The notes beneath the pieces are model-generated. The model did no database searches. It worked only from the letters and a program-made list of their open reading frames with translations, and was not told where the DNA came from. The position numbers were made by a program, and so were the translations under genes. From Sedimentisphaerales bacterium (lineage in GTDB: Bacteria; Planctomycetota; Phycisphaerae; Sedimentisphaerales; SM23-30), in NCBI GenBank assembly GCA_963666285.1, contig OY762711.1: a stretch of 64,000 bases of DNA; one strand, written 5' to 3'. This document shows, in pieces, positions 18,686 through 27,508 of the stretch (within the stretch, counting starts at the first letter, position 1; each line of letters begins with the position of its first letter).

Positions 18686-20095
18686 ATGACTTTTAATTCA
18701 TATTTGTTTTTATTATTTTATGCTGTCTTATTTACAGCTTACTATTCATTAAACAGTACGAAATTTCGTAAAGTTTTGCTTTTAGTAGGCAGTTATGTTT
18801 TTTATGCCGCATGGAATCCTCCCTTCGTTTTGATTTTGATTTTTTCTACTTTTGTTGATTGGCATGCAGGTAAAAATATTGGTGCTGTTGAATCATTATT
18901 GGCGAAAAGGAAGTGGTTGATAATCAGCCTGGTAACTAACCTGGGATTGCTGGCATATTTTAAATATGGAACATGGATGGTGGGCAATCTGAACTGGTGT
19001 GCTGACCTTTTCGGCCTGGGGCATATAAATGTTGTTTCGAATATTGTTTTGCCTGTTGGTATATCATTTTATACTTTTCAGACTCTATCTTATACCATTG
19101 ATATTTATCGTGGTAATCTAAAACCATGGGATAATGCTCTTGACTATGCTTTATATGTAACTTTTTTCCCTCAGCTTGTTGCAGGGCCAATTGTCAGGGC
19201 AGTTGATTTCTTACCGCAATGCAGACTAGAAAAGAAATTCAATCCAGATGATATTTGTTTTGGACTTTGTCTATTTATTTGGGGGCTTTTTGAAAAGGTT
19301 GTTATTGCAGACTGTTTGATGTCACCGGTTGTTGATTCTGTTTTTTATAGCGGCTCAAAACCCGGCTTCTATCTAGCCTGGACCGGGGTTTTTGCTTTTT
19401 CTATACAAATACTATGTGATTTCTCCGGGTATTCTCTGTGTGCCATAGGGATAGCCAAAACATTGGGCTACGAGCTGCCGGTAAACTTCCGATATCCTTA
19501 TGCTGCCTCCAGTTTTTCGGATTTCTGGAAAAGATGGCATATCAGCCTTTCCAGCTGGCTTAAGGATTATTTATATATTCCATTAGGCGGCAGTCGAATT
19601 AGCAAATATATTACCTATAGAAATCTTTTTCTGGTTATGCTTTTAGGCGGCCTTTGGCATGGTGCAGCATGGACTTTTGTATTCTGGGGTTTTCTGCACG
19701 GTTTGTACCTGGTGATGGATAAGATTATAGACAGGTATATCGGCAATACCAAAAATAAATTTATTATTCTGGCTAGAATGGCTTTTGTGTATCTGCTTGT
19801 TTGCGTTGCCTGGGTGTTCTTTCGAGCCGAAGGTTTCGGTCAGGCTATAGATATCCTGAAGGCAATGGCCGGCTTGCAACCGGATGGCAATGTCGTAAGG
19901 AAACTATTTGTATTTAATACTTACCTTGTACTTTTCTTTATTCTGGGCGGCCATTATTATCTCAGAAACAAAAAGTTTGAAGATGTCCTTGAGTTATTAC
20001 CTTCCTGGAGTCTGGGCGGTATAGTATTTGTTTGTCTTTGGCTGGTGTTTTTAGGTTTGAATTTCAGGGTAGAATTTTTGTATTTCCAGTTTTAA
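18686..20095 (+). CDS. MBOAT family O-acyltransferase (AlgI/DltB-like)
   Basis: LPVGISFYTFQ, FFPQLVAGPI, DFSGYS, FWKRWHISLS and catalytic GLWHG motifs. Confidence 0.95.
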   Translation: MTFNSYLFLLFYAVLFTAYYSLNSTKFRKVLLLVGSYVFYAAWNPPFVLILIFSTFVDWHAGKNIGAVESLLAKRKWLIISLVTNLGLLAYFKYGTWMVGNLNWCADLFGLGHINVVSNIVLPVGISFYTFQTLSYTIDIYRGNLKPWDNALDYALYVTFFPQLVAGPIVRAVDFLPQCRLEKKFNPDDICFGLCLFIWGLFEKVVIADCLMSPVVDSVFYSGSKPGFYLAWTGVFAFSIQILCDFSGYSLCAIGIAKTLGYELPVNFRYPYAASSFSDFWKRWHISLSSWLKDYLYIPLGGSRISKYITYRNLFLVMLLGGLWHGAAWTFVFWGFLHGLYLVMDKIIDRYIGNTKNKFIILARMAFVYLLVCVAWVFFRAEGFGQAIDILKAMAGLQPDGNVVRKLFVFNTYLVLFFILGGHYYLRNKKFEDVLELLPSWSLGGIVFVCLWLVFLGLNFRVEFLYFQF

Positions 20096-20096
20096 T

Positions 20097-21107
20097 ATGA
20101 GTAATAATAGATACAGTAAAATATTTCTGATCTCATTACTGGCTTTTATAGTTAGTTTTGTTATTGTTGAATTTCTTGTGAGAAAGATCGGTTTAACTCC
20201 AACATTGCGTATGAATTATCTGACCTGGTCTATTAACAGAAAAAAAATTGATAATATGGCCGGGAATAAACAAGTTGCTATTCTGCTTGGTACGTCCAGA
20301 ACCGGTGCCAATTATGACCAGAAGCTATTAGGCGAAAGGCTCAATGTGGAAGTTATCCAGCTTGGGTTGGCCGGCACCTATCATCCGTTCGTTTTTCTCA
20401 AAGATATAGCTGAAAATACAGATTTTTGTGGTAAAGTCTTTGTTGAGGTTGTCCCATTATTTGGTAATCCTGTTTACGATTATCGAGCAGAAAGAGCTAT
20501 TAGATATTACAAAAATTCGCTTTGTACCTCAGAAATTCTTAATAATAAAATTGAGACATATATATTTGAGCGATCAGTATTATTAAGTCCAAGAATTGAT
20601 ATTACCAGGTTGGAAAAGTGTATTTTCGGCGGATTCATTATGGCTGAGTTTGATCGTTATACAATTACAAAAGAGTCACGCATTTATTATAATTACTATA
20701 AGTATAATATAACAACACCGACTCATTCTAGAGAATTTTACAACAGTATTGATGTTTTAGATAATGACCAGTGGCTGGAATATATGGCCAAAGTAGATTC
20801 TTATGGTAAAATGATTATACAAAGGGGGGGAGAGGTATATTTTGTTCGATTTCCAACTTCCGGACTTTCAAAGGAATTTGAAGATAAAACATACCCGCGA
20901 GAAAAGTACTGGGACATATTTGCTGCTAATACCTCAGGTGTAGCGATCCATTATGCTGATTTCGATAGTGATATTAAATGTCCCGAAGACTGGCATCTTG
21001 ACTGGCGTCAGGCATCTGTATTTACCGGTGAGCTTGTTGATGCGATCAAAAGTAGAAAAGAACTGGTATTTGATACTGATCATGATTTGATCCCGAATGC
21101 CCAATAA
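20097..21107 (+). CDS. Membrane-anchored SGNH-like partner of the MBOAT (AlgJ/DltD-like, tentative)
   Basis: N-terminal anchor; LLGTSR and C-terminal DWHL resemble Ser and Asp-His catalytic motifs; starts 1 bp after the MBOAT stop. Confidence 0.6.
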   Translation: MSNNRYSKIFLISLLAFIVSFVIVEFLVRKIGLTPTLRMNYLTWSINRKKIDNMAGNKQVAILLGTSRTGANYDQKLLGERLNVEVIQLGLAGTYHPFVFLKDIAENTDFCGKVFVEVVPLFGNPVYDYRAERAIRYYKNSLCTSEILNNKIETYIFERSVLLSPRIDITRLEKCIFGGFIMAEFDRYTITKESRIYYNYYKYNITTPTHSREFYNSIDVLDNDQWLEYMAKVDSYGKMIIQRGGEVYFVRFPTSGLSKEFEDKTYPREKYWDIFAANTSGVAIHYADFDSDIKCPEDWHLDWRQASVFTGELVDAIKSRKELVFDTDHDLIPNAQ

Positions 21108-21230
21108 TATCTTGCTGAAAGGCAGCAGTTAACAGTTCTGCTTTATGTTGATGATCCTGCCTGGTAGTTATCATGCTGTTCCATATATGTTTCCAGTTTA
21201 CTTTTATCTCATATTAAGATATGCTATATT

Positions 21231-21410
21231 AGTTAACTTTCGCTCTTTTCAAGTTGCAATAATCGCCAAAAGGGCCTTTCTGCAACATTTAAAATTGAAC
21301 ATACTTTTGAGAAGTAGCTTGGAAATACAATTAAATGTATTTTTCATTCACAAGGCCCTGTTCCGGCCTTTGCATGTTATGTTGAACAGTCAAAAGTGCG
21401 GAACCGCACT
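21231..21410 (+). repeat. Dispersed structured intergenic element, copy 2 (18-bp internal deletion)
   Basis: Aligns to copy 1 but lacks CGAAGTGCCTTTGGTAAA; ends in a perfect AAGTGCGG-AA-CCGCACTT hairpin. Confidence 0.85.
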
Positions 21411-21429
21411 TATAGTTTGGTAAACAATT

Positions 21430-22248
21430 ATGTCAAGTGAAAATAAAATGCCCGATTCTATTCGCCATAGACTGAATGTTATTATTTTCGGTACTGATAC
21501 CTTTGCCGGTAAACTTTTCGATGTGGTATTGATTATAGCTATCATTTTGAGTGTGGCGGTTGTTATGCTTGATAGCGTTGCTAATGTCAGGCTCAACCAC
21601 GGCACAGCTCTCGGCCGCCTGGAATGGTTTTTCACTATTATGTTTACGGTTGAATATCTGCTCAGGATATATTGTACCCCGCGGCCTTTGCACTATACTA
21701 CCAGTTTTTTTGGTATTGTCGATCTGCTTGCGATTATTCCGACTTACATTGGTTTGGTTATTGTCGGTGGCAGCGCATTGGGTGTTATCCGGGTTTTGCG
21801 TGTGCTTCGGATCTTTCGCGTACTAAAGCTTGCCCTATATGTCAGGGAGGCCAATCTTCTGGTTGCCGCTATGGTTGCGTCCCGGAGAAAAATACTTGTC
21901 TTCTTCTTTGCTGTTATTACCCTGGTAATTATTCTTGGGTCGATCATGTATGTGGTCGAACGAGGTCAGAACAGTGGTTTTGACAGTATTCCTCGCAGTG
22001 TATACTGGGCTATTGTCACACTTACTACTGTTGGTTATGGCGATATTTCACCTCAGACAGCACTTGGCCAGTTTATTTCCTCAATTGTGATGATATTGGG
22101 CTATTCTATCATTGCAGTCCCGACAGGTATTGTAACAGCCCAGCTTGTCTCTTCAGCGAAGACTTTATCTGGAACTTCTGAAACATGCAATCCCGAACAT
22201 AATGAATCTAAAACCAGTAAATGTCCCCATTGTGGAAAAGAAATTTAG
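21430..22248 (+). CDS. Voltage-gated-type potassium channel / ion transporter
   Basis: S4-like IRVLRVLRIFRVLK; TTVGYGD selectivity filter; C-terminal CPHCG. Confidence 0.92.
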   Translation: MSSENKMPDSIRHRLNVIIFGTDTFAGKLFDVVLIIAIILSVAVVMLDSVANVRLNHGTALGRLEWFFTIMFTVEYLLRIYCTPRPLHYTTSFFGIVDLLAIIPTYIGLVIVGGSALGVIRVLRVLRIFRVLKLALYVREANLLVAAMVASRRKILVFFFAVITLVIILGSIMYVVERGQNSGFDSIPRSVYWAIVTLTTVGYGDISPQTALGQFISSIVMILGYSIIAVPTGIVTAQLVSSAKTLSGTSETCNPEHNESKTSKCPHCGKEI

Positions 22249-22275
22249 AACTTCTTGCATGTACCAATTATTATT

Positions 22276-22782
22276 TTACTTTGATGCTCCAAAAATAAAT
22301 AATTCAGCATTGTTATTTTCTGTATGCAAAACAAAACCAATTATTTCAGAGTCATCTGTATTATCCCAAGTTGCCTTATATAAATACTCCTGATCTGGCG
22401 AATAATCAAACCAGCCAAGTTCAGCTTTATTGAATTTTGAATCTATATCAGAGATTTTGCTGTATTTATTCAGTTTTTCCTGGTTAAGAAACTGATCAAT
22501 CTGTTCTTTATCAAATTGGACTTTTGCATACAAATACCAGTCCAGCCAATTACAATAATATACACCGACAAATTCAGTATCTTCCGGTAATTTCAATTCA
22601 AGCATTTTTCCCAGTTTGCTTATCCATTCAGTTTTCTCTTGTTGGGAAATATCTTTGGCTAAAACTTCAAGGTCTGTGTCTGGAAAAGGATCAAAGCTGC
22701 ATATGAATAATATTGAAGCTAAAATAGCTATTCCAATCCCAAATATAATCCAATGTTTCAATTTTATTTTTTTGATAATCAA
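22276..22782 (-). CDS. Hypothetical membrane-anchored protein
   Basis: 168-aa ORF with an N-terminal hydrophobic segment; AAGG upstream of the TTG start. Confidence 0.65.
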   Translation of the reverse strand: MIIKKIKLKHWIIFGIGIAILASILFICSFDPFPDTDLEVLAKDISQQEKTEWISKLGKMLELKLPEDTEFVGVYYCNWLDWYLYAKVQFDKEQIDQFLNQEKLNKYSKISDIDSKFNKAELGWFDYSPDQEYLYKATWDNTDDSEIIGFVLHTENNNAELFIFGASK

Positions 22783-22838
22783 GATATATTTCTACCTTCT
22801 AAAACCTTAAAAATTCAATGGTATATAATAGGTTTATC

Positions 22839-23861
22839 CTATTGAATATCAACAACTAATATAGATTCGGTAGTTGTATCCAGTATATAAATTGAATCCG
22901 GTTCAGAAGGAATTGAATCGACCATCGGGAAAATCATAGTCTTGAAGGCTTCCGGTCGCAAAAAATCTCTACGGTCGACTATCAGGCTCATATATCTTCC
23001 GCTTTCGGAAAATAGTTTCACCTGAACGTTACCTTTTTCTGCTGTAACAAACTTTCCATCTGCCAGAATTGTAAAACTTGCCGGATTGCAGCATCCGGCA
23101 AATCCGTCTGGCTGGAATGAGGGGTGGCCCCAGGAATCTGTCGGCTCGGCAATGTCTGGTGAGTATTTATCCAGCCTATGGTTGCCGGTATTAGCTGCCC
23201 AGATATCAGTGCCGTTGATCGCGGTTTTTATCTCAAAATGTGCACTGGGCAAAACAAACTGCTTTGTACCTAACGGACAAATGGTAGTACCATCTGGGTC
23301 GTAGTCTTTCAGCTCTTCGTTAAGCGGCAGATTGATCTGCCAGATACATTTTGCCTGGGCGTCGGCGGCATAAATATAGTTATCATTTGCAGTAATTGAA
23401 GATATCAGTGCTTTATCATTTGGAATATCAAGAGAAAATATCAAATCATTTTTTTCTAACCCTATTATTTGCAGTTTGTTATTAGCTGCCGTGATGAGTC
23501 GTGGTGATTCTGCCGGTCCGATCATTTTAATAGCTGTAGGCTCTGTATCGATTGTAATAGAAGTGATGATTTTACAATCTGTATCGATTATATGGATTGC
23601 TGATCTGTTGGATAGTGCAATTACAGTTTGGGCCTGCCATTGGCCAACACTGAACTGGTGGGGGTGAAAACCTTCCAGAGTTATCCTTTTGGTTACTTTT
23701 CCAATCCTGGCATCCTGGGCTGGGCTATCAAATACCTTTTCATACTCAAAGCTCTGGAATTTTCCGGGCATCTGGCGTATCACAACAAATATTGCAGCTC
23801 CAAGAGCAATCACAATGGTAAGCAATATAAGTAATTTGTGCTTTTGGTTTTGGTCTGGCAA
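22839..23861 (-). CDS. Membrane-anchored beta-propeller (NHL-like) protein with a GCCNP motif
   Basis: N-terminal TM helix; repeated blade-like motifs (IYAADA, IWAANTG, FVTAEKG, IYILDT); FAGCCNP. Confidence 0.65.
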   Translation of the reverse strand: MPDQNQKHKLLILLTIVIALGAAIFVVIRQMPGKFQSFEYEKVFDSPAQDARIGKVTKRITLEGFHPHQFSVGQWQAQTVIALSNRSAIHIIDTDCKIITSITIDTEPTAIKMIGPAESPRLITAANNKLQIIGLEKNDLIFSLDIPNDKALISSITANDNYIYAADAQAKCIWQINLPLNEELKDYDPDGTTICPLGTKQFVLPSAHFEIKTAINGTDIWAANTGNHRLDKYSPDIAEPTDSWGHPSFQPDGFAGCCNPASFTILADGKFVTAEKGNVQVKLFSESGRYMSLIVDRRDFLRPEAFKTMIFPMVDSIPSEPDSIYILDTTTESILVVDIQ

Positions 23862-24010
23862 TTTATTATTCCTGATTTTATAATAAGTAACTTGTTTTAC
23901 AGCAACAATTAGAGATCAATAGCGACTATAATTGAAATATGGTGCAAGGGTAATCCTGCCGCCATAAAATGATATTATCGATAAGTAACGAGAGATTCAA
24001 GGAGTAATTG

Positions 24011-25516
24011 ATGGCGTTTCGTATATACAATACCGTAAGCAAGCAAAAAGAACTATTTGAACCGGTAAATCCTGGTAAAGTTGGTATTTATGTTTGTGGA
24101 CCAACTGTTTATAAAGACAGCCATATCGGTCACGCCGTGGGTCCGGTCATATTTGATGCTCTCAAAAAATACCTTGTATATAAAGGCTATGATGTAACTT
24201 ATGTGATAAATATTACCGATGTCGATGACAAGATTATTATCGAGTCAAAAGAACGTAATATGAGCGTTGAAGAGCTGGCAAAGGAAGTTACTGCCGGGTA
24301 TTTTGAGGCTATGAATAAGCTTGGTGTCGATTCTGTTGATGAATACCCCAGGGCGACCGACCATATCGATAACATGTTTGGTGTCATCCAGAAGCTAATG
24401 GACAAGGATGCGGCATATGCCGTTGATGGCGATGTCTGGTTCGATATCAGCAAAAGCAAAGACTATGGCAAGCTGTCTCACCGTAAATTTGAAGACCAGA
24501 AAACGGGAACTCGCGAGCTTGCCGGTTCGACCAAACGAAATCCGGGCGACTTTGCCCTATGGAAAAGTGCAGATAAAAGTGAGATCGGCTGGCAGAGCCC
24601 TTGGGGCTATGGCAGGCCCGGCTGGCATATCGAATGTTCGGCGATGAGTATGAACATACTGGGTGAGACGTTCGATATTCACGGCGGTGGTATGGACCTG
24701 ATCTTCCCGCACCATGAAAACGAGATCGCACAGTCTGAGACTGCTACCGGATGCCTGGCGGTGAAATATTGGATGCATAACGGACTTACCAGGATGAGGA
24801 CCAAGAGTGCCAGTGGTGAATGGCAGGCTGAAAAGATGAGTAAATCTCTTGGCAATGTCAAAACTCTTAAGGAACTATTTGTACAGTATCCGCCACAGTT
24901 AATAAGGTTCTTCCTGTTGAGTACCCATTATCGCCGTCCGATCGATTTCAGTGATGAATCCCTGGAAGCGGTTCGAAAAGGGCTTAATAACCTCCTGCGT
25001 ACAATTGAGCGTATCGAGCGTATCAGTAAGTTTGCGGTATATGGTGAGAAATGTGACCTGGCGAGGCTGGAAGACCTTTCGTCTGACAAAGATGCTGATA
25101 TGGTCAAGGAAGCCGGCGATGCCCAGCTTAAGTTCCTGGAAGCACTGGATGATGATTTTAATACCGCCGGTGCGATATCTGTTTTGTTCCAGTATTGTAC
25201 CGCTTTGAACCGCTATATTGACCAGAACGAGCTGGAAGCATGCAGTGATGATAACAGCCGTGAAATTCTTGCCGAGCTCGGCAGAATGATTACCGGTTTG
25301 GGGATGATAATTGGGATTCTTACTGAATCTTTGTCTGAAGGCAGTGGTGGCAATGACGAACTGGTTAATCAGCTGATGGAAGTATTTATCGAGCTGCGTG
25401 CCGATGCCCGTAAGGAAAAGAACTGGGCCCTGGCTGATGCTATTCGTGATAAACTAAAGGCATTGAATATCACTATAGAAGACCGTCCCGATGGTGCGGT
25501 TTGGAATATTGTATAA
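24011..25516 (+). CDS. cysS: Cysteinyl-tRNA synthetase
   Basis: YVCGPTVY, HIGH, GRPGWHIECS, KMSKS; DALR-like and anticodon-binding domains. Confidence 0.98.
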   Translation: MAFRIYNTVSKQKELFEPVNPGKVGIYVCGPTVYKDSHIGHAVGPVIFDALKKYLVYKGYDVTYVINITDVDDKIIIESKERNMSVEELAKEVTAGYFEAMNKLGVDSVDEYPRATDHIDNMFGVIQKLMDKDAAYAVDGDVWFDISKSKDYGKLSHRKFEDQKTGTRELAGSTKRNPGDFALWKSADKSEIGWQSPWGYGRPGWHIECSAMSMNILGETFDIHGGGMDLIFPHHENEIAQSETATGCLAVKYWMHNGLTRMRTKSASGEWQAEKMSKSLGNVKTLKELFVQYPPQLIRFFLLSTHYRRPIDFSDESLEAVRKGLNNLLRTIERIERISKFAVYGEKCDLARLEDLSSDKDADMVKEAGDAQLKFLEALDDDFNTAGAISVLFQYCTALNRYIDQNELEACSDDNSREILAELGRMITGLGMIIGILTESLSEGSGGNDELVNQLMEVFIELRADARKEKNWALADAIRDKLKALNITIEDRPDGAVWNIV

Positions 25517-26889
25517 TGGGTTTAGGTATTGCAACCGCAGCCGGAGTATCATTGGCAGCAATGATGTTAAATTTCAAAAAGACAAATAAAATAGCCATTA
25601 CCGGCATAGCCGGAGGCGGCAAAACAGTCTTTCTGAGTTCTCTGCTCTGGCAGCTGGCCGAGTTTGACGATGCCGATTTTTATCCCGGCAGCCAGGTTAA
25701 GATTAGCGGTTGGCGTGAGTTATCGTCGAAAGGGTCGCTGGGTGAGGTTTTTCCGTTCGATAAATATCGCGATGCCCTGGCCCGCAGTCATAAATGGCCT
25801 GATAAGACTACAGACTGCTATCGGTTTAGCTGCGAATATAAACGCAGCGACTGGAAACGTTTTAGCCAGCGGTTGGACTTTTTTGATTTTCCCGGTGAAC
25901 GAATAGCAGATGCGGCAATTGCCGCGTATAAGGATTATGGCGATTGGTCTGATCATATCTTGAAACATTTTGAAAGCAACTCCGATTACAATGCAGCCTT
26001 GCTAGGATATAAACAAGTTTTAGAAGCAGGTAATCTGGATGAGGCTAAACTGCTTTCGGCTTATCGCAAAGCCCTTGCCTGTTTGATATTAGGATATAAG
26101 CCGCTGATTTCGCCATCGGTATTTCTGCTGGATACCAATGGAGATTCTGCCAGACCTGCAACAGAAGAAGCACTTGCGTCTGCGAGGTTATGTGGACTGG
26201 ACGAGGAGAGCCAGTTTGCTCCTTTGCCTGAAGCGGTACGGGGGGCGAATCCGGAGCTTGCGAAGAAAATGGCCAGAAACTATAAGCTTTATCGTAAACA
26301 GATTGCCTTACCTTTATATGAGGAACTTGCAGATTCGCAGAGCCTGATAATACTAATTGATATACCATCTCTATTAGCCGGTGGGGTGGGGCGGTATAAT
26401 GATAACAGGCAGATAGTACTGGACTTGATAGATGCGGTGCGAACAGATACTTCGATTGGCAAGCGGCTAAAGAAGCTGTTGAGGTTCTGGTCTGGCTCGC
26501 TTAAACGGATAGCTTTTGTTGCTACCAAGGCCGATCTGGTGCTGCCGGGGGATTTGCAGAACGGTAACTTGATGTCACTTTTGCGGCAGATGAATACGCG
26601 GGCGAAAAATCTATTGCCGGATATTGAGATGAAATGGTTCGTGTGTAGTGCCTGCAGATCGACTAGTCAGGGTAATGCAGAGAATACGCTGATAGGTAAG
26701 CCGATCTATAATAACCCGGATCGCAAGGATATGGAGTTTGAAGTGACCGCTCTGCCTGAGGCATGGCCGGATAACTGGATGGCTGGCGAATATAAGTATT
26801 ATAGCGTGTACCCTGAAACATCACAGAATATACAGATACCGCCCAAACATATAGGATTAGATAGAGTGTTTGAGTTTGTAGCGGGGTGA
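25516..26889 (+). CDS. ycjX: YcjX family P-loop NTPase
   Basis: ATG overlaps the cysS stop (TAATG); ITGIAGGGKTVFLSSL Walker A, DFPGE, FVATKAD and terminal HIGLDRVFEF match the YcjX pattern. Confidence 0.8.
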   Translation: MGLGIATAAGVSLAAMMLNFKKTNKIAITGIAGGGKTVFLSSLLWQLAEFDDADFYPGSQVKISGWRELSSKGSLGEVFPFDKYRDALARSHKWPDKTTDCYRFSCEYKRSDWKRFSQRLDFFDFPGERIADAAIAAYKDYGDWSDHILKHFESNSDYNAALLGYKQVLEAGNLDEAKLLSAYRKALACLILGYKPLISPSVFLLDTNGDSARPATEEALASARLCGLDEESQFAPLPEAVRGANPELAKKMARNYKLYRKQIALPLYEELADSQSLIILIDIPSLLAGGVGRYNDNRQIVLDLIDAVRTDTSIGKRLKKLLRFWSGSLKRIAFVATKADLVLPGDLQNGNLMSLLRQMNTRAKNLLPDIEMKWFVCSACRSTSQGNAENTLIGKPIYNNPDRKDMEFEVTALPEAWPDNWMAGEYKYYSVYPETSQNIQIPPKHIGLDRVFEFVAG

Positions 26890-26898
26890 TAAGAAATT

Positions 26899-27465
26899 AT
26901 GAAAGATAATGAAAAAAATGAATCTTCTGCTGGTTTTGTTATAGCTATATTGCTTATCGGTTTTTTATATGTTTTTCTCTTTAAGCTTCTCTCGAGACCG
27001 AAAGAGTTTGGGCCAACCCCTCAGCTTTGTTCAGTTAATCTTAAAAGTATTGGCACAGCAATAACAAATTATATGAATGATAATAAAGGGCAGGCACCAC
27101 CGGATTTGCATATTCTTATTAAAGAATGTGATTTGCAGGAAAAATATTTATATTGTGTTGAGAGTGATTTTGAAAATCCCATTTTTTATCATTATAGAGG
27201 GGATGATCTTGATGATTCTTGTTCTTCATCCATGATAATGGCATATGATCCAATTGTACATAAAGGTAACAATGTGAATATCCTTTTTGCTGATAGCAGG
27301 TTGAGGGTGGTGACATATGAAGATTTTGAAAGAAGTAAAATTGGCTTAGAGCAGAAACCCTCATTGTTGAAAATGACTGAGTCGGGTTTTAAGCCGCAAA
27401 AGAAGCATTATTGTTGGTGTAGTGACTTTATTGGTTGTTTTAGTCGTTCTTTCTCAGTTGCCTAA
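26899..27465 (+). CDS. DUF1559 / H-X9-DG-like pilin-related membrane protein
   Basis: TM helix, then CSVNLKSIGTAITNY; HKGNNVNILFADS is an H-X9-D(S) variant of the motif. Confidence 0.6.
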   Translation: MKDNEKNESSAGFVIAILLIGFLYVFLFKLLSRPKEFGPTPQLCSVNLKSIGTAITNYMNDNKGQAPPDLHILIKECDLQEKYLYCVESDFENPIFYHYRGDDLDDSCSSSMIMAYDPIVHKGNNVNILFADSRLRVVTYEDFERSKIGLEQKPSLLKMTESGFKPQKKHYCWCSDFIGCFSRSFSVA

Positions 27466-27508
27466 ATGGCTGAAAGCTGATACAGATATAACATGAGAAT
27501 AGAATTTA

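Noticed and set aside
18443..21410. Repeated elements as integron attC sites
   Set aside because: No RYYYAAC...GTTRRRY boundaries, longer and multi-branched compared with attC, and no integrase in the window.
21145..21423. 92-aa ORF
   Set aside because: Overlaps repeat copy 2; the other copies differ by indels and show no equivalent ORF in the supplied track; no recognisable motif.
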